From a virus (lineage: Duplodnaviria > Caudoviricetes): DNA of 26,323 nt. The stretch is taken from IMG/VR virus record IMGVR_UViG_3300008093_000057, positions 1 through 26,323 of that record. The stretch is one strand, 5' to 3'. Position numbers and translations under genes: made by a program. The notes under the pieces are model-generated. The model was not told the DNA's origin. It saw only the letters and a program-made list of their open reading frames with translations, and made no database searches. Positions 18,694 through 26,323 of the stretch are shown here, piece by piece (within the stretch, counting starts at the first letter, position 1; every line of letters starts with the position of its first letter).

Positions 18694-19380
18694 ATGTATG
18701 CAATAAACGACCTGATAGAGCACTTAGATGTCAGAGAAGCAGTATCTAGATCCAATTATGACTTTCAAAATAAAATCATAACTCTAACCATGGAGGAATG
18801 TGATTACGATTTGTTCAAACCCCTACAAAGTAAACTTGAATTAAGATCTTACAATTATGCTTTGAAGTTTGTTGAAACTAAGGATGGAATAACGAAAGTT
18901 GGATACATGTTTGAAATGAAAAATGATTTAAGTGTAGACATAACTATTGGAATGGAAAAGAAATATGGTGTAGTTGCACCAGATGGGAAATTCTATTCAT
19001 GCCATTATGAAGGTCATGGCGATTTGGAGTTTCTTTTAAACCAGTGTGGTATAATAGATGAACCTAAAAAACACAGAAATAGCTTTTCAGAAAGTGGTTG
19101 GTTAAAGTTAAGTTTTGGATACATCATTGATTGTGAATGGGAATTTGATTGGCGTGTTGATGGAGAGCATATAAAAGTAACCGAAGAACAATACAAAACT
19201 ATGAGATCTTACATACATTCGTTGGGTAGAAAATTCACAATGTTTTGTGGTGAGTGGTATAACGTTGATGATCTAAAGATATTGCCTAAGTTAAATAAAA
19301 ACAATTGGCTTAAAGAATTAACCGCATTACCGAGTGTGATCGTTGAAAATCCTAGAGCTGAATTAGAAAAACATATATAA
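18694..19380 (+). CDS. Hypothetical protein (likely start MYAIND) with 'G...PDG.FY.C....H' motif
   Basis: ATG 4 nt after the previous stop; TAATG coupling to the PPDK-like gene. Confidence 0.65.
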   Translation: MYAINDLIEHLDVREAVSRSNYDFQNKIITLTMEECDYDLFKPLQSKLELRSYNYALKFVETKDGITKVGYMFEMKNDLSVDITIGMEKKYGVVAPDGKFYSCHYEGHGDLEFLLNQCGIIDEPKKHRNSFSESGWLKLSFGYIIDCEWEFDWRVDGEHIKVTEEQYKTMRSYIHSLGRKFTMFCGEWYNVDDLKILPKLNKNNWLKELTALPSVIVENPRAELEKHI

Positions 19381-20360
19381 TGGGAAAATACGCTAATCTT
19401 ATTGCAGCTGTTAATGCTGGGTGCAACGTTCCAAAATTCGGGCTGCTAGACGATGGATTTACTGATTCATCAAAGAATGGGGATCAGTTTGTTAATTACT
19501 ATAAAGAGTTCAATAACAAACACTTTGATTCCTCTGTAAAATCTGTTTCTGTCAGAAGTTCTAGTAACATTTCTACTCCAGGTTTAATGAGAACAATTTT
19601 AAGAGTTCCCAACACTAGTAAAAACGTATATAATGCGATAAAGACCGTAAGAAATTCTTTTAAGAATCCTATGTTGCTGAAATACTTAGAAATGATTGGC
19701 TGCACTGATTTTCAACCCGAAATAATAATTCAGGAAATGATTGGATATGAGGATGCTGAACAAAATTTCTATGCTGGAGTTGTATCTACTCATGACGTTA
19801 TCACCCATGAAGAAAAAATTAATGGGTATTATATCGAGGGTTTTACAGGAGATTTAATTATGTCTGGACACGTACAAGGTAGCCAAATAGAAAAATTGAA
19901 GGAAGAAAGCTATAGGGCTTATAACAATTTAATAAGACATTTAGTTAAAACCAAATCTCCTTATGAAATGGAATTTGTTATTAAAGACAATTTGGTTTAT
20001 GTGTTGCAGATAAGATTATTAAAACTCCTGAAAGAAAATCAAATTGTAAAGGATATAAGTGATATGACCTTGATTGGTGAAGGTATGTCGTCTAGTCCTA
20101 TGTCTTTAATAGGAAACATTACAACTAACATCAGTAATTGTCATGGTAAAATTTTACTATTAAATAGAGACACTACCGATGAAGACGTTGAAATTCTAAC
20201 AGCTAAAGCCATAATAACTACCGATGGTAACCAATTATGTCACCTAGCTACGCTTTGTAGGAGTGTAAAAATACCCTGCATATTATCTTACAATGGTTTG
20301 ATTGAACTGCAGGATGGTGAAAAAATACTCATTAATAGAGACGGTAAAATTTATAAGTAA
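19380..20360 (+). CDS. Minimal PPDK-like phosphotransferase (ATP-grasp plus phosphohistidine swivel domain, no PEP/pyruvate barrel)
   Basis: 'VSVRSS..ISTPGLMRTIL', 'IIIQEMIG', 'EMEFVIKDNLVYVLQIR', 'TTDEDV....AKAIITTDGNQLCHLATLCR...IPCI'. Confidence 0.8.
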   Translation: MGKYANLIAAVNAGCNVPKFGLLDDGFTDSSKNGDQFVNYYKEFNNKHFDSSVKSVSVRSSSNISTPGLMRTILRVPNTSKNVYNAIKTVRNSFKNPMLLKYLEMIGCTDFQPEIIIQEMIGYEDAEQNFYAGVVSTHDVITHEEKINGYYIEGFTGDLIMSGHVQGSQIEKLKEESYRAYNNLIRHLVKTKSPYEMEFVIKDNLVYVLQIRLLKLLKENQIVKDISDMTLIGEGMSSSPMSLIGNITTNISNCHGKILLLNRDTTDEDVEILTAKAIITTDGNQLCHLATLCRSVKIPCILSYNGLIELQDGEKILINRDGKIYK

Positions 20361-20707
20361 TGAACATTAAAACAATATCAATGACTAGTCAAACTAGTTG
20401 TAAAGGGTGTAGAGCATTAAAAGGTAAATCTTGTAATTTATCATTTACTATAAAGAGTGGTAAACCAGAGTCGGGGTTATGCTATAAGCCTAAATTAAAG
20501 AGAGATTATGACGACTTATTAATTAAAAGAATAGTTGAAAAAGAAATTTTAAATTATGAATTGGATCACTTGCTAGCAAAAAAGATGATACTAATGTTAA
20601 ATAATGACGGAAAGTCAAATTCTATGTTAAATTCATTTTTAGACCAAATCGAAAAAAAGAGATTCATATCAAAAAGGCAATTTGAAATATTAATATCCCA
20701 CTTTTAA
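20360..20707 (+). CDS. Hypothetical protein with Cys-rich N-terminus (possible Zn binding)
   Basis: CxxC-x6-C-x15-C; TAATG coupling to the PPDK-like gene. Confidence 0.65.
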   Translation: MNIKTISMTSQTSCKGCRALKGKSCNLSFTIKSGKPESGLCYKPKLKRDYDDLLIKRIVEKEILNYELDHLLAKKMILMLNNDGKSNSMLNSFLDQIEKKRFISKRQFEILISHF

Positions 20708-20764
20708 TATATACTGAAACTGGGATTCTAATATAGAATTTTTAATTTAAATAATAACAAAAGT

Positions 20765-21230
20765 ATGAAATTAAAACTATTATTGACACTAAGCTTGGTA
20801 GCCTTGCTTAGTGTCTGGGGGGGTTGACACCAAAGATCAACAAAAAATTGCCACCAACAATTTAAATGATTGTGAGCAATTATTTGATTATGAACAGGTT
20901 GCAATGGAAGATAACATGGTTATCCAAAATGCATTAGACATAGATTCTAAGGAATCATATCTAAATTGTTCTATTGAAAAAGAAAATTCCAAACAAGTTG
21001 CCATTGCAACTACTATTTATTCTGTTGAAAAGTACTATCCAGGTAATTTGCTCTTTAGGAACTACAACAACAATAATAGATATAATGAATCGTTAAATAA
21101 TAAGTCCAATGTCCGCAGCCATTTAAAACTGCTCCAAGGAAATTCGCACAGTAATGCACCAATTCTAAGCCTCAATTCTAGGAATTTGCGTAGTGCTTCA
21201 CCCCCTTGGCGAATGCCGACTTCGTGTTAG
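20765..21230 (+). pseudogene. Signal-peptide protein frameshifted at a G7 tract (phase-variable gene, pseudogene or assembly error)
   Basis: ATG 20765 gives MKLKLLLTLSLVALLSVWGG-stop. Deleting one G from 20817-20823 fuses it in frame to the 20811-21230 ORF. Confidence 0.65.
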
Positions 21231-21254
21231 AGTTAACACTTTTTTAGACTTATT

Positions 21255-21283
21255 AAAAGCCCATTGTAATAATGGGCTTTTTT
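21255..21283 (+). terminator. Intrinsic terminator
   Basis: AAAAGCCCATT-GTAAT-AATGGGCTTTTTT. Confidence 0.9.
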
Positions 21284-21322
21284 ATTATTAGAAATTAAAA
21301 ATAAATAGATTAAATATAATAC

Positions 21323-23251
21323 ATGAACAGGTACAATTTTAGACGCAGGGTTTATGGTACTAGAACTAGAGTAGGTGTCTTAAATTCCACTCTTAGAAAT
21401 ATAGCTAATTTAGGTATTGATGATAGTATCATTAATACAAAAATAAAGAAACATAGCTTAACTTCTGATGACCTTGATCATTACGAACCATTCTTAGAAG
21501 AGGAGGCTAACCAAAGGCTTAGATCTAACCAATTCAAGTCAGAAGAAGAGGTAAAGCGTTATCTTCAATTAAATCCTGAATTAAAAAATATAGTAGAAAC
21601 CCTAGTAGACAGCTGTATAGTATATAACGACGACAATGAATTTTGCGAACTATTTTTAAACAAAAAGAAATTTGATTATAGTGCAAAATTTGAAGCGTCC
21701 GTTACCGAAAAGTATTCCGAAATCATGAAAGGCTTAGGTTTTAACAATGAACAAGAGGCTTGGAAGGTTTTTTACAGTTTGTTTCTTTCTGGAAAAGTAG
21801 GGTATGAAGTCATTTATGAGACTATATTAAAAAGTGATTTTGATGAGAAACTTGCTGAAATTAAGGACATAATCAATCTTAGTGAGAGCCAATTAAAGGT
21901 AATTAAAACAGAATTGAAATCGGATTTAAGTGAATCAAAAAAGAAGGATATAAATTCTAGGGCTAAAAATATTATTAGGTCATTAGATGAACTAAAATCC
22001 GTCAAGCTAATGTATGACAGGAGACTTGACATGGCTGCCAAAATAGCCACACTTGAGGAAGATGAAATTGGAAATTTAAATGAATCTTTATTAAAAGAAA
22101 TAGAAGACCAAGAATTAGCCGAATTAGGTTTGTTAGGTGATGATAAAGAAGAAGAAAGAAAGAATCTTGTTCCTAAGGTTTCTATTAAAACTAAAGACAA
22201 AATTGAGAAAATACCTATTAAAATTATTGGGTTTAAAAGATTGAATCCATACACTTTTACTAGAATAGATGGTATAAAAGAAGATGGTTCTAGAATCGTA
22301 ATGTATAAAGTCTTAGACCATTATGGCAAGTATAGTTACCTACCAGAACAATGCATTGTAACTGCTGAATGGAATAATATTTCGGGTAATAGTGAGATGT
22401 ATGAATCCACTTACTTAGACTCCATAAAAAGAAACTACAACCTAACTAGATCTTTAGAAGAAAGTAGAGTTGGTTGGAACATATTAGTTGCCCAATACAG
22501 GCTTAAAATGATAGTTCCCACAGGTACTAAGATAGGGGTTAAAGCTAAAGAATCAGTAACTAAATTGGTAAGCCAATATAAAGAAAAATTGTCAATTGAT
22601 TCATCAACTGGGGTTGTTTCCATAAACGGAGAGACGGACTATAAATTTGGCAGAAACATAGCATTACCTAGTAGAAATGGAAATACCACTCAAATTGATA
22701 GTATTCAATACAATGGTGTAGATTTAGGCAAAATGGACGTGGTGGATTACTTTAGAGACAGTGTGTATAGAGATAGTACCATTCCTAAGAGTAGATTTGA
22801 TAGTGAAAACAGAATAGGAAGTTTGTCCCTGTTTAAAGCCGATGGTATACCATATGACGAGGTGATGTATCATAAAAGATGCAGAAGAATATGCGCTGAA
22901 TTTTCAAAGTTAATCAAGAAACCCATATACTATTCAGCTATAATAGAAGATCCAGTACTGTCATTAGATAATGACTTTGAAAATTCTATAAACATTAAAT
23001 TCAACACAGATGGCTATTTCGAAATGGCTAAAGAACACGAACTGACGGAGGCTAAGATGAAGAACTATTCCTCTTTTGAAAGAGTTCAAGATTCTGAGAG
23101 AGAACCATTGTTTGATAAGAAGTTTTTATTAGTCGATAAGTTAAAAATATTGACAGAAGAGGAATGGGAACTTAATGAGAAGAGAAAGTCCGAAAAGATT
23201 ACTCAAGAAAATGATGGACAAGTAGACACTTCTAGGTTGGATAAGTACTAA
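21323..23251 (+). CDS. Portal vertex protein, T4 gp20-like, with a large internal insertion
   Basis: 'PEL..IVETLVD..IVY', 'GKVGYEVIY', 'IIGFKRLNP', 'YLD...R.YN..R.LE.SR', 'LPSRNG..TQID', 'YF...VY....IP.SRF', 'DEV.Y'. Confidence 0.88.
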   Translation: MNRYNFRRRVYGTRTRVGVLNSTLRNIANLGIDDSIINTKIKKHSLTSDDLDHYEPFLEEEANQRLRSNQFKSEEEVKRYLQLNPELKNIVETLVDSCIVYNDDNEFCELFLNKKKFDYSAKFEASVTEKYSEIMKGLGFNNEQEAWKVFYSLFLSGKVGYEVIYETILKSDFDEKLAEIKDIINLSESQLKVIKTELKSDLSESKKKDINSRAKNIIRSLDELKSVKLMYDRRLDMAAKIATLEEDEIGNLNESLLKEIEDQELAELGLLGDDKEEERKNLVPKVSIKTKDKIEKIPIKIIGFKRLNPYTFTRIDGIKEDGSRIVMYKVLDHYGKYSYLPEQCIVTAEWNNISGNSEMYESTYLDSIKRNYNLTRSLEESRVGWNILVAQYRLKMIVPTGTKIGVKAKESVTKLVSQYKEKLSIDSSTGVVSINGETDYKFGRNIALPSRNGNTTQIDSIQYNGVDLGKMDVVDYFRDSVYRDSTIPKSRFDSENRIGSLSLFKADGIPYDEVMYHKRCRRICAEFSKLIKKPIYYSAIIEDPVLSLDNDFENSINIKFNTDGYFEMAKEHELTEAKMKNYSSFERVQDSEREPLFDKKFLLVDKLKILTEEEWELNEKRKSEKITQENDGQVDTSRLDKY

Positions 23252-23293
23252 GAAACCTTTCGCACAATTTTTTATTTTTCATAAAACTATTAT

Positions 23294-24727
23294 ATGACTC
23301 CATTTGATATTGGTAATAGATACTCCAATGATTTTCTAGAACTCAAAAAATCAATAGATCAAAACGCTTATTATAAGCAATGCTTTAGACTAGAGTATAT
23401 ATTCTTTGGTCATTTAATTGATGATTTAATTTGCAACAACAAATTATTTAAACATCAAGAACTAATACAACATTTAGTTGCTGGAGGAGTTATAGATGAT
23501 TGCGTAGATTATTTGATAGAAAACAAAATTCCTGATCAATCCGAAATATTTGAAAGTGAACTGCTTACTAAACATGATATAGGTTCAGTGGTAGACATTG
23601 CTAAAGCTAATGCTAAGGAGAAATTGATTTCAATGATCAGGGATAGAAAGGATGATGAATTACTCTCAATCTTGAGCAATAATTTAGAATCTTTAGAAGA
23701 TTTTGTTGATTATTTAGTTAGTTTTATGCACTTTGGTTTGACCAGTCAAGATATAGTCAACGTTTGTTATACTAAAATCTGGTCTGATGGTGTCATGGAT
23801 TTCAATAAGTCTATGAGAAAAATGTTAGACGCTATGAATGCTTGTTTGAATAAGGATTATTATATGTTAGCGTTTACTCATGGTCAACCTGCCGTCCCCA
23901 TGAAAGTTAATCGTTTAAATAAGGTTTATAATGAAAAGATTAGGGTCGCCCTATACGATACAGTCGCATCTGTAAAATCCTTAGAATTAAAATTTGGTAG
24001 TGGTGCTGTTGGTGGACAATTTACTTTGTTAAATCTTTTAGAGGACACCAGCAATTATGATACTGCATGTAATCAAACAATATATGATTTCTTTCCAGGT
24101 TCTCATTCCATTGATTTTTCTCAAGAAAGTTTCCAAAATAACAACTATCCCAATATTTTTAACAGCTTGAGGGGGTTACTGTCATTATGCACCACTATGT
24201 TAGACATGACTCAAGACATGTGGTTATATAGCCTTATGGGATACTTTACAAAAAATAGTAACATTAATGAAGTGGGTAGTAGTACTATGCCACAGAAAGT
24301 TAATCCTATTGAATTCGAAAATGCGGAGGGCAATTTGAAGTTGGCAATTGGGTTAATAAACACTTACTTGAACAATTTAAACGTTAGCAGACTGCAAAGA
24401 GATCTAAGTGACATTACTATGATGAGGAGCGTTACTATAATACTTCTATATGTTAGTAAAGCTGTTGAATCATTGGAAAAAGGTTTTACTAGATATAGCA
24501 TTAACAAAAGAGAAGTAAAAAAAGATCTGGCAAACAATCTTCAATGTTTTTCGGAATACTTACAACTTTATTGCAAAATTAACGATTATGGTGAGGACTC
24601 CTATAAGATGATAAAAAGTTATTCCATTTCTACACCAAATTGGAATGCTCATACGCTATCTAAGGTTTGTCATGATATTACAGGCGATAGAAAATTGTAT
24701 GAAAAACTCATGGATTCTATAGATTAA
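23294..24727 (+). CDS. purB: Adenylosuccinate lyase (fumarase/aspartase superfamily)
   Basis: 'TKHDI', 'HFGLTSQDI', 'THGQPA', 'GSSTMPQKVNPIEFENAEGNL', 'SRLQRDLSD'. Confidence 0.9.
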   Translation: MTPFDIGNRYSNDFLELKKSIDQNAYYKQCFRLEYIFFGHLIDDLICNNKLFKHQELIQHLVAGGVIDDCVDYLIENKIPDQSEIFESELLTKHDIGSVVDIAKANAKEKLISMIRDRKDDELLSILSNNLESLEDFVDYLVSFMHFGLTSQDIVNVCYTKIWSDGVMDFNKSMRKMLDAMNACLNKDYYMLAFTHGQPAVPMKVNRLNKVYNEKIRVALYDTVASVKSLELKFGSGAVGGQFTLLNLLEDTSNYDTACNQTIYDFFPGSHSIDFSQESFQNNNYPNIFNSLRGLLSLCTTMLDMTQDMWLYSLMGYFTKNSNINEVGSSTMPQKVNPIEFENAEGNLKLAIGLINTYLNNLNVSRLQRDLSDITMMRSVTIILLYVSKAVESLEKGFTRYSINKREVKKDLANNLQCFSEYLQLYCKINDYGEDSYKMIKSYSISTPNWNAHTLSKVCHDITGDRKLYEKLMDSID

Positions 24728-25281
24728 ACAAATGAAACGCTTATATCATTAGAATTGTATTCGGAGTTATTGTAAAAGTTTTTATTTAAAGTAGAACTGT
24801 TGGCGGTATTACCATCTACTTTACCACCTAATATTATCTCATCTTCTTTCTTGATGTTACCTCTTAACCCATCATTCATGTTAGGTGTAGATATTGTTCT
24901 ATTTCTTCTAGGATCTATAGAAAAAGATTTTTTATTTATAGCTTCTTTAGCCACATTTACAACGCTTTCCTTTGAGTCACTAGATATTCTGTTTAGGTTG
25001 TCGCTAGTTGGAGCAAAAAGTTTATCACCTTTATTTATGGCAAATGGATTACTATACCCATTATAGTAGCTTACCAAGTCAATCTTGTTCTCATCTCCAT
25101 ACAGAAATTTGGCTATAGCTGATGGTTTTGCAGTTAGATTATCACCTACTATAAATACCTTATTATTAGTAAATTCCCTTAAGTTAGTATTAGACATCTT
25201 TGTTGTTAAATCAACAATTTCTTCACCATCGATGTTTATCATCGGGCTGTTTTCTATTAAATTAAGATATAGTAATTCCAA
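24724..25281 (-). CDS. Baseplate wedge protein, gp53/LysM-like (start uncertain)
   Basis: 'KPSAIAKFLYGD....DLV..YNG.SNPFAI..GD.L..P' motif. TTG at 25281 follows an AATATATA box; the track start is 25320. Confidence 0.65.
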   Translation of the reverse strand: MELLYLNLIENSPMINIDGEEIVDLTTKMSNTNLREFTNNKVFIVGDNLTAKPSAIAKFLYGDENKIDLVSYYNGYSNPFAINKGDKLFAPTSDNLNRISSDSKESVVNVAKEAINKKSFSIDPRRNRTISTPNMNDGLRGNIKKEDEIILGGKVDGNTANSSTLNKNFYNNSEYNSNDISVSFV

Positions 25282-25291
25282 CAGTATTTTT

Positions 25292-25301
25292 AATATATAT
25301 T
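25292..25301. promoter_or_regulatory. Palindromic AATATATATT, candidate bidirectional late promoter
   Basis: Between divergent genes; AATA[T/A/G]ATA recurs shortly upstream of several structural genes in this window. Confidence 0.45.
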
Positions 25302-25341
25302 GAAATCTATTAATAACCAATAAATTTTTAAATAAAACATT

Positions 25342-25824
25342 ATGTCTGAAAGTAATTTTTTGTCTATGAAGAAGATGCTAGAAGAAGAATCAAAAGATCT
25401 AGCTAAGGCTGTAGAAGAAGGTGATGTAGAAACTAAAGACGCTGCTGAGAAGCCTGATAACGTTGATAATTTTCTTAATGATTCACAGAACACCAAAAGT
25501 GACCTAGGTAACATTAAAGCTCAAGAACATAGTGTTGAAAAATCCAACCTTTCAAACGCTATCACTGATAGGTACTTAAGTCTAAATGATGATTTGAATG
25601 AATTAGCAGCAATACTAAACAAGTCTAAGAAGGAAGACTTTGAATTAGACATTAACTTAAAATTCAAATTACCATCCAACAAATTTATAGATTCTATTAT
25701 GGAAAATATGGATTATAGCGAGGATGATGTCAAAAAAGTGTTAGGCAGAATAATCGCAATCGATGCAAGTTATATAGCAGTAGAGGTAATAAATAAGTTT
25801 TTAAAAACAAATAAAACTAATTAA
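25342..25824 (+). CDS. Hypothetical acidic protein
   Basis: 160 aa ORF; no motif recognised. Confidence 0.7.
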   Translation: MSESNFLSMKKMLEEESKDLAKAVEEGDVETKDAAEKPDNVDNFLNDSQNTKSDLGNIKAQEHSVEKSNLSNAITDRYLSLNDDLNELAAILNKSKKEDFELDINLKFKLPSNKFIDSIMENMDYSEDDVKKVLGRIIAIDASYIAVEVINKFLKTNKTN

Positions 25825-25825
25825 T

Positions 25826-26323
25826 ATGAAACTTTTAGATACAGTGGGAGTTAGTAAAACTCCAAAAAATTACACAAAAAAAATTGGAAAATATAATTTA
25901 TTTTTCAAAAAGGAAGTTGATCCTAAAGAAGTTGCAAAAGAATTAGCTAGCTTTAGTAACAAAACCATATTTTTTAAGAATTCTGCCTTTGGTGTTAATC
26001 AATTGATTAACAGAAGTGGTATCAAAGATAACGATGTAGATCCATTAAAATTTGTTTTCGTTTTAAGTTGTTTAACATCCAAGTCAAAACAATTTATCTT
26101 TCAATTAACCAAGGATTCTTCTGTTCAAGTTATTTGTGTTAATCCCACTCCCCTTAACAAAATGTTAATTGCGAAAGGGTTTACTATTGGTGAAGAAGAA
26201 ACTGAAACTGAAACTGATCCAGATGCAAGTGGTGAAGGAAAACAAACTGAAACAGGAACAGGAACAGGAACAGGAACAGGAACAGGAACAGGAACAGGAA
26301 CAGGAACAGACGGTTCAGGTGAT
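25826..26323 (+). CDS. Hypothetical protein, 3'-truncated, with Thr-Gly low-complexity linker (not in ORF track)
   Basis: ATG 25826 open for 166 codons to the window end: MKLLDTVGVSKTPK...EEETETETDPDASGEGKQTE(TG)9TDGSGD. Confidence 0.8.
   Translation, partial: MKLLDTVGVSKTPKNYTKKIGKYNLFFKKEVDPKEVAKELASFSNKTIFFKNSAFGVNQLINRSGIKDNDVDPLKFVFVLSCLTSKSKQFIFQLTKDSSVQVICVNPTPLNKMLIAKGFTIGEEETETETDPDASGEGKQTETGTGTGTGTGTGTGTGTGTDGSGD
26252..26309 (+). repeat. Perfect hexamer tandem repeat (ACAGGA)x9 plus ACAG
   Basis: Read directly; (GAAACT)x3 lies just upstream at 26198-26215. Confidence 0.97.

Noticed and set aside
21187-21230. C-terminal LRSASPP as a RAPP-like ribosome arrest motif behind a signal peptide
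   Set aside because: Spacing does not match R-A/G-P-P, and the downstream gene is the portal behind a terminator; too weak to claim.
21818-22210. Intein as the explanation for the portal insertion
   Set aside because: No N-terminal Cys/Ser block or C-terminal His-Asn motif; the composition is coiled-coil-like.
538-25514. Numerous short antisense or alternate-frame ORFs in the track (e.g. 852-1259, 9142-9426, 16590-17000, 21814-22254)
   Set aside because: They overlap well-supported genes, mostly on the opposite strand, and show the Ser/Leu/Phe-rich composition of shadow ORFs.
1-26323. Alternative genetic code (TAG read as Gln) as in some Bacteroidetes megaphages
   Set aside because: Long genes are intact in code 11, and TAG ends nrdA (right after its C-terminal CxxC), the tail tube gene and others at the expected positions.

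Overview
AT-rich 26.3 kb segment of a large T4-like (Tevenvirinae/jumbo-type) myophage genome in the standard genetic code. The host is probably a Bacteroidetes, inferred from A-rich leaders without Shine-Dalgarno motifs and from the type of ribonucleotide reductase. Virion genes are dispersed: a very large prohead core/scaffold-like protein open at the left edge, major capsid (gp23-like), tail tube (gp19-like), gp25-, gp3-, gp2- and gp53-like genes, and the portal (gp20-like). Between them lie a Zn-ribbon/Hef-like endonuclease, a class I RNR pair, a regulatory block (two winged-helix proteins and an ECF-type sigma factor fused to MORN repeats), a minimal PPDK-like phosphotransferase and a divergent adenylosuccinate lyase. 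The most unusual signals are: (1) a polyprotein of small duplicated modules separated by about two dozen L-x-E-S prohead-protease-like sites, with the same motif in a ~130 aa insertion inside the portal; (2) the sigma-MORN fusion; (3) the PPDK-like enzyme lacking a substrate domain; (4) a G7 tract that frameshifts a signal peptide off its ORF; (5) two non-coding elements, twin GGGAAC-N5-GTTCCC palindromes and an 87-bp direct repeat pair. All protein calls come from motifs recognised by eye; no database search was run.
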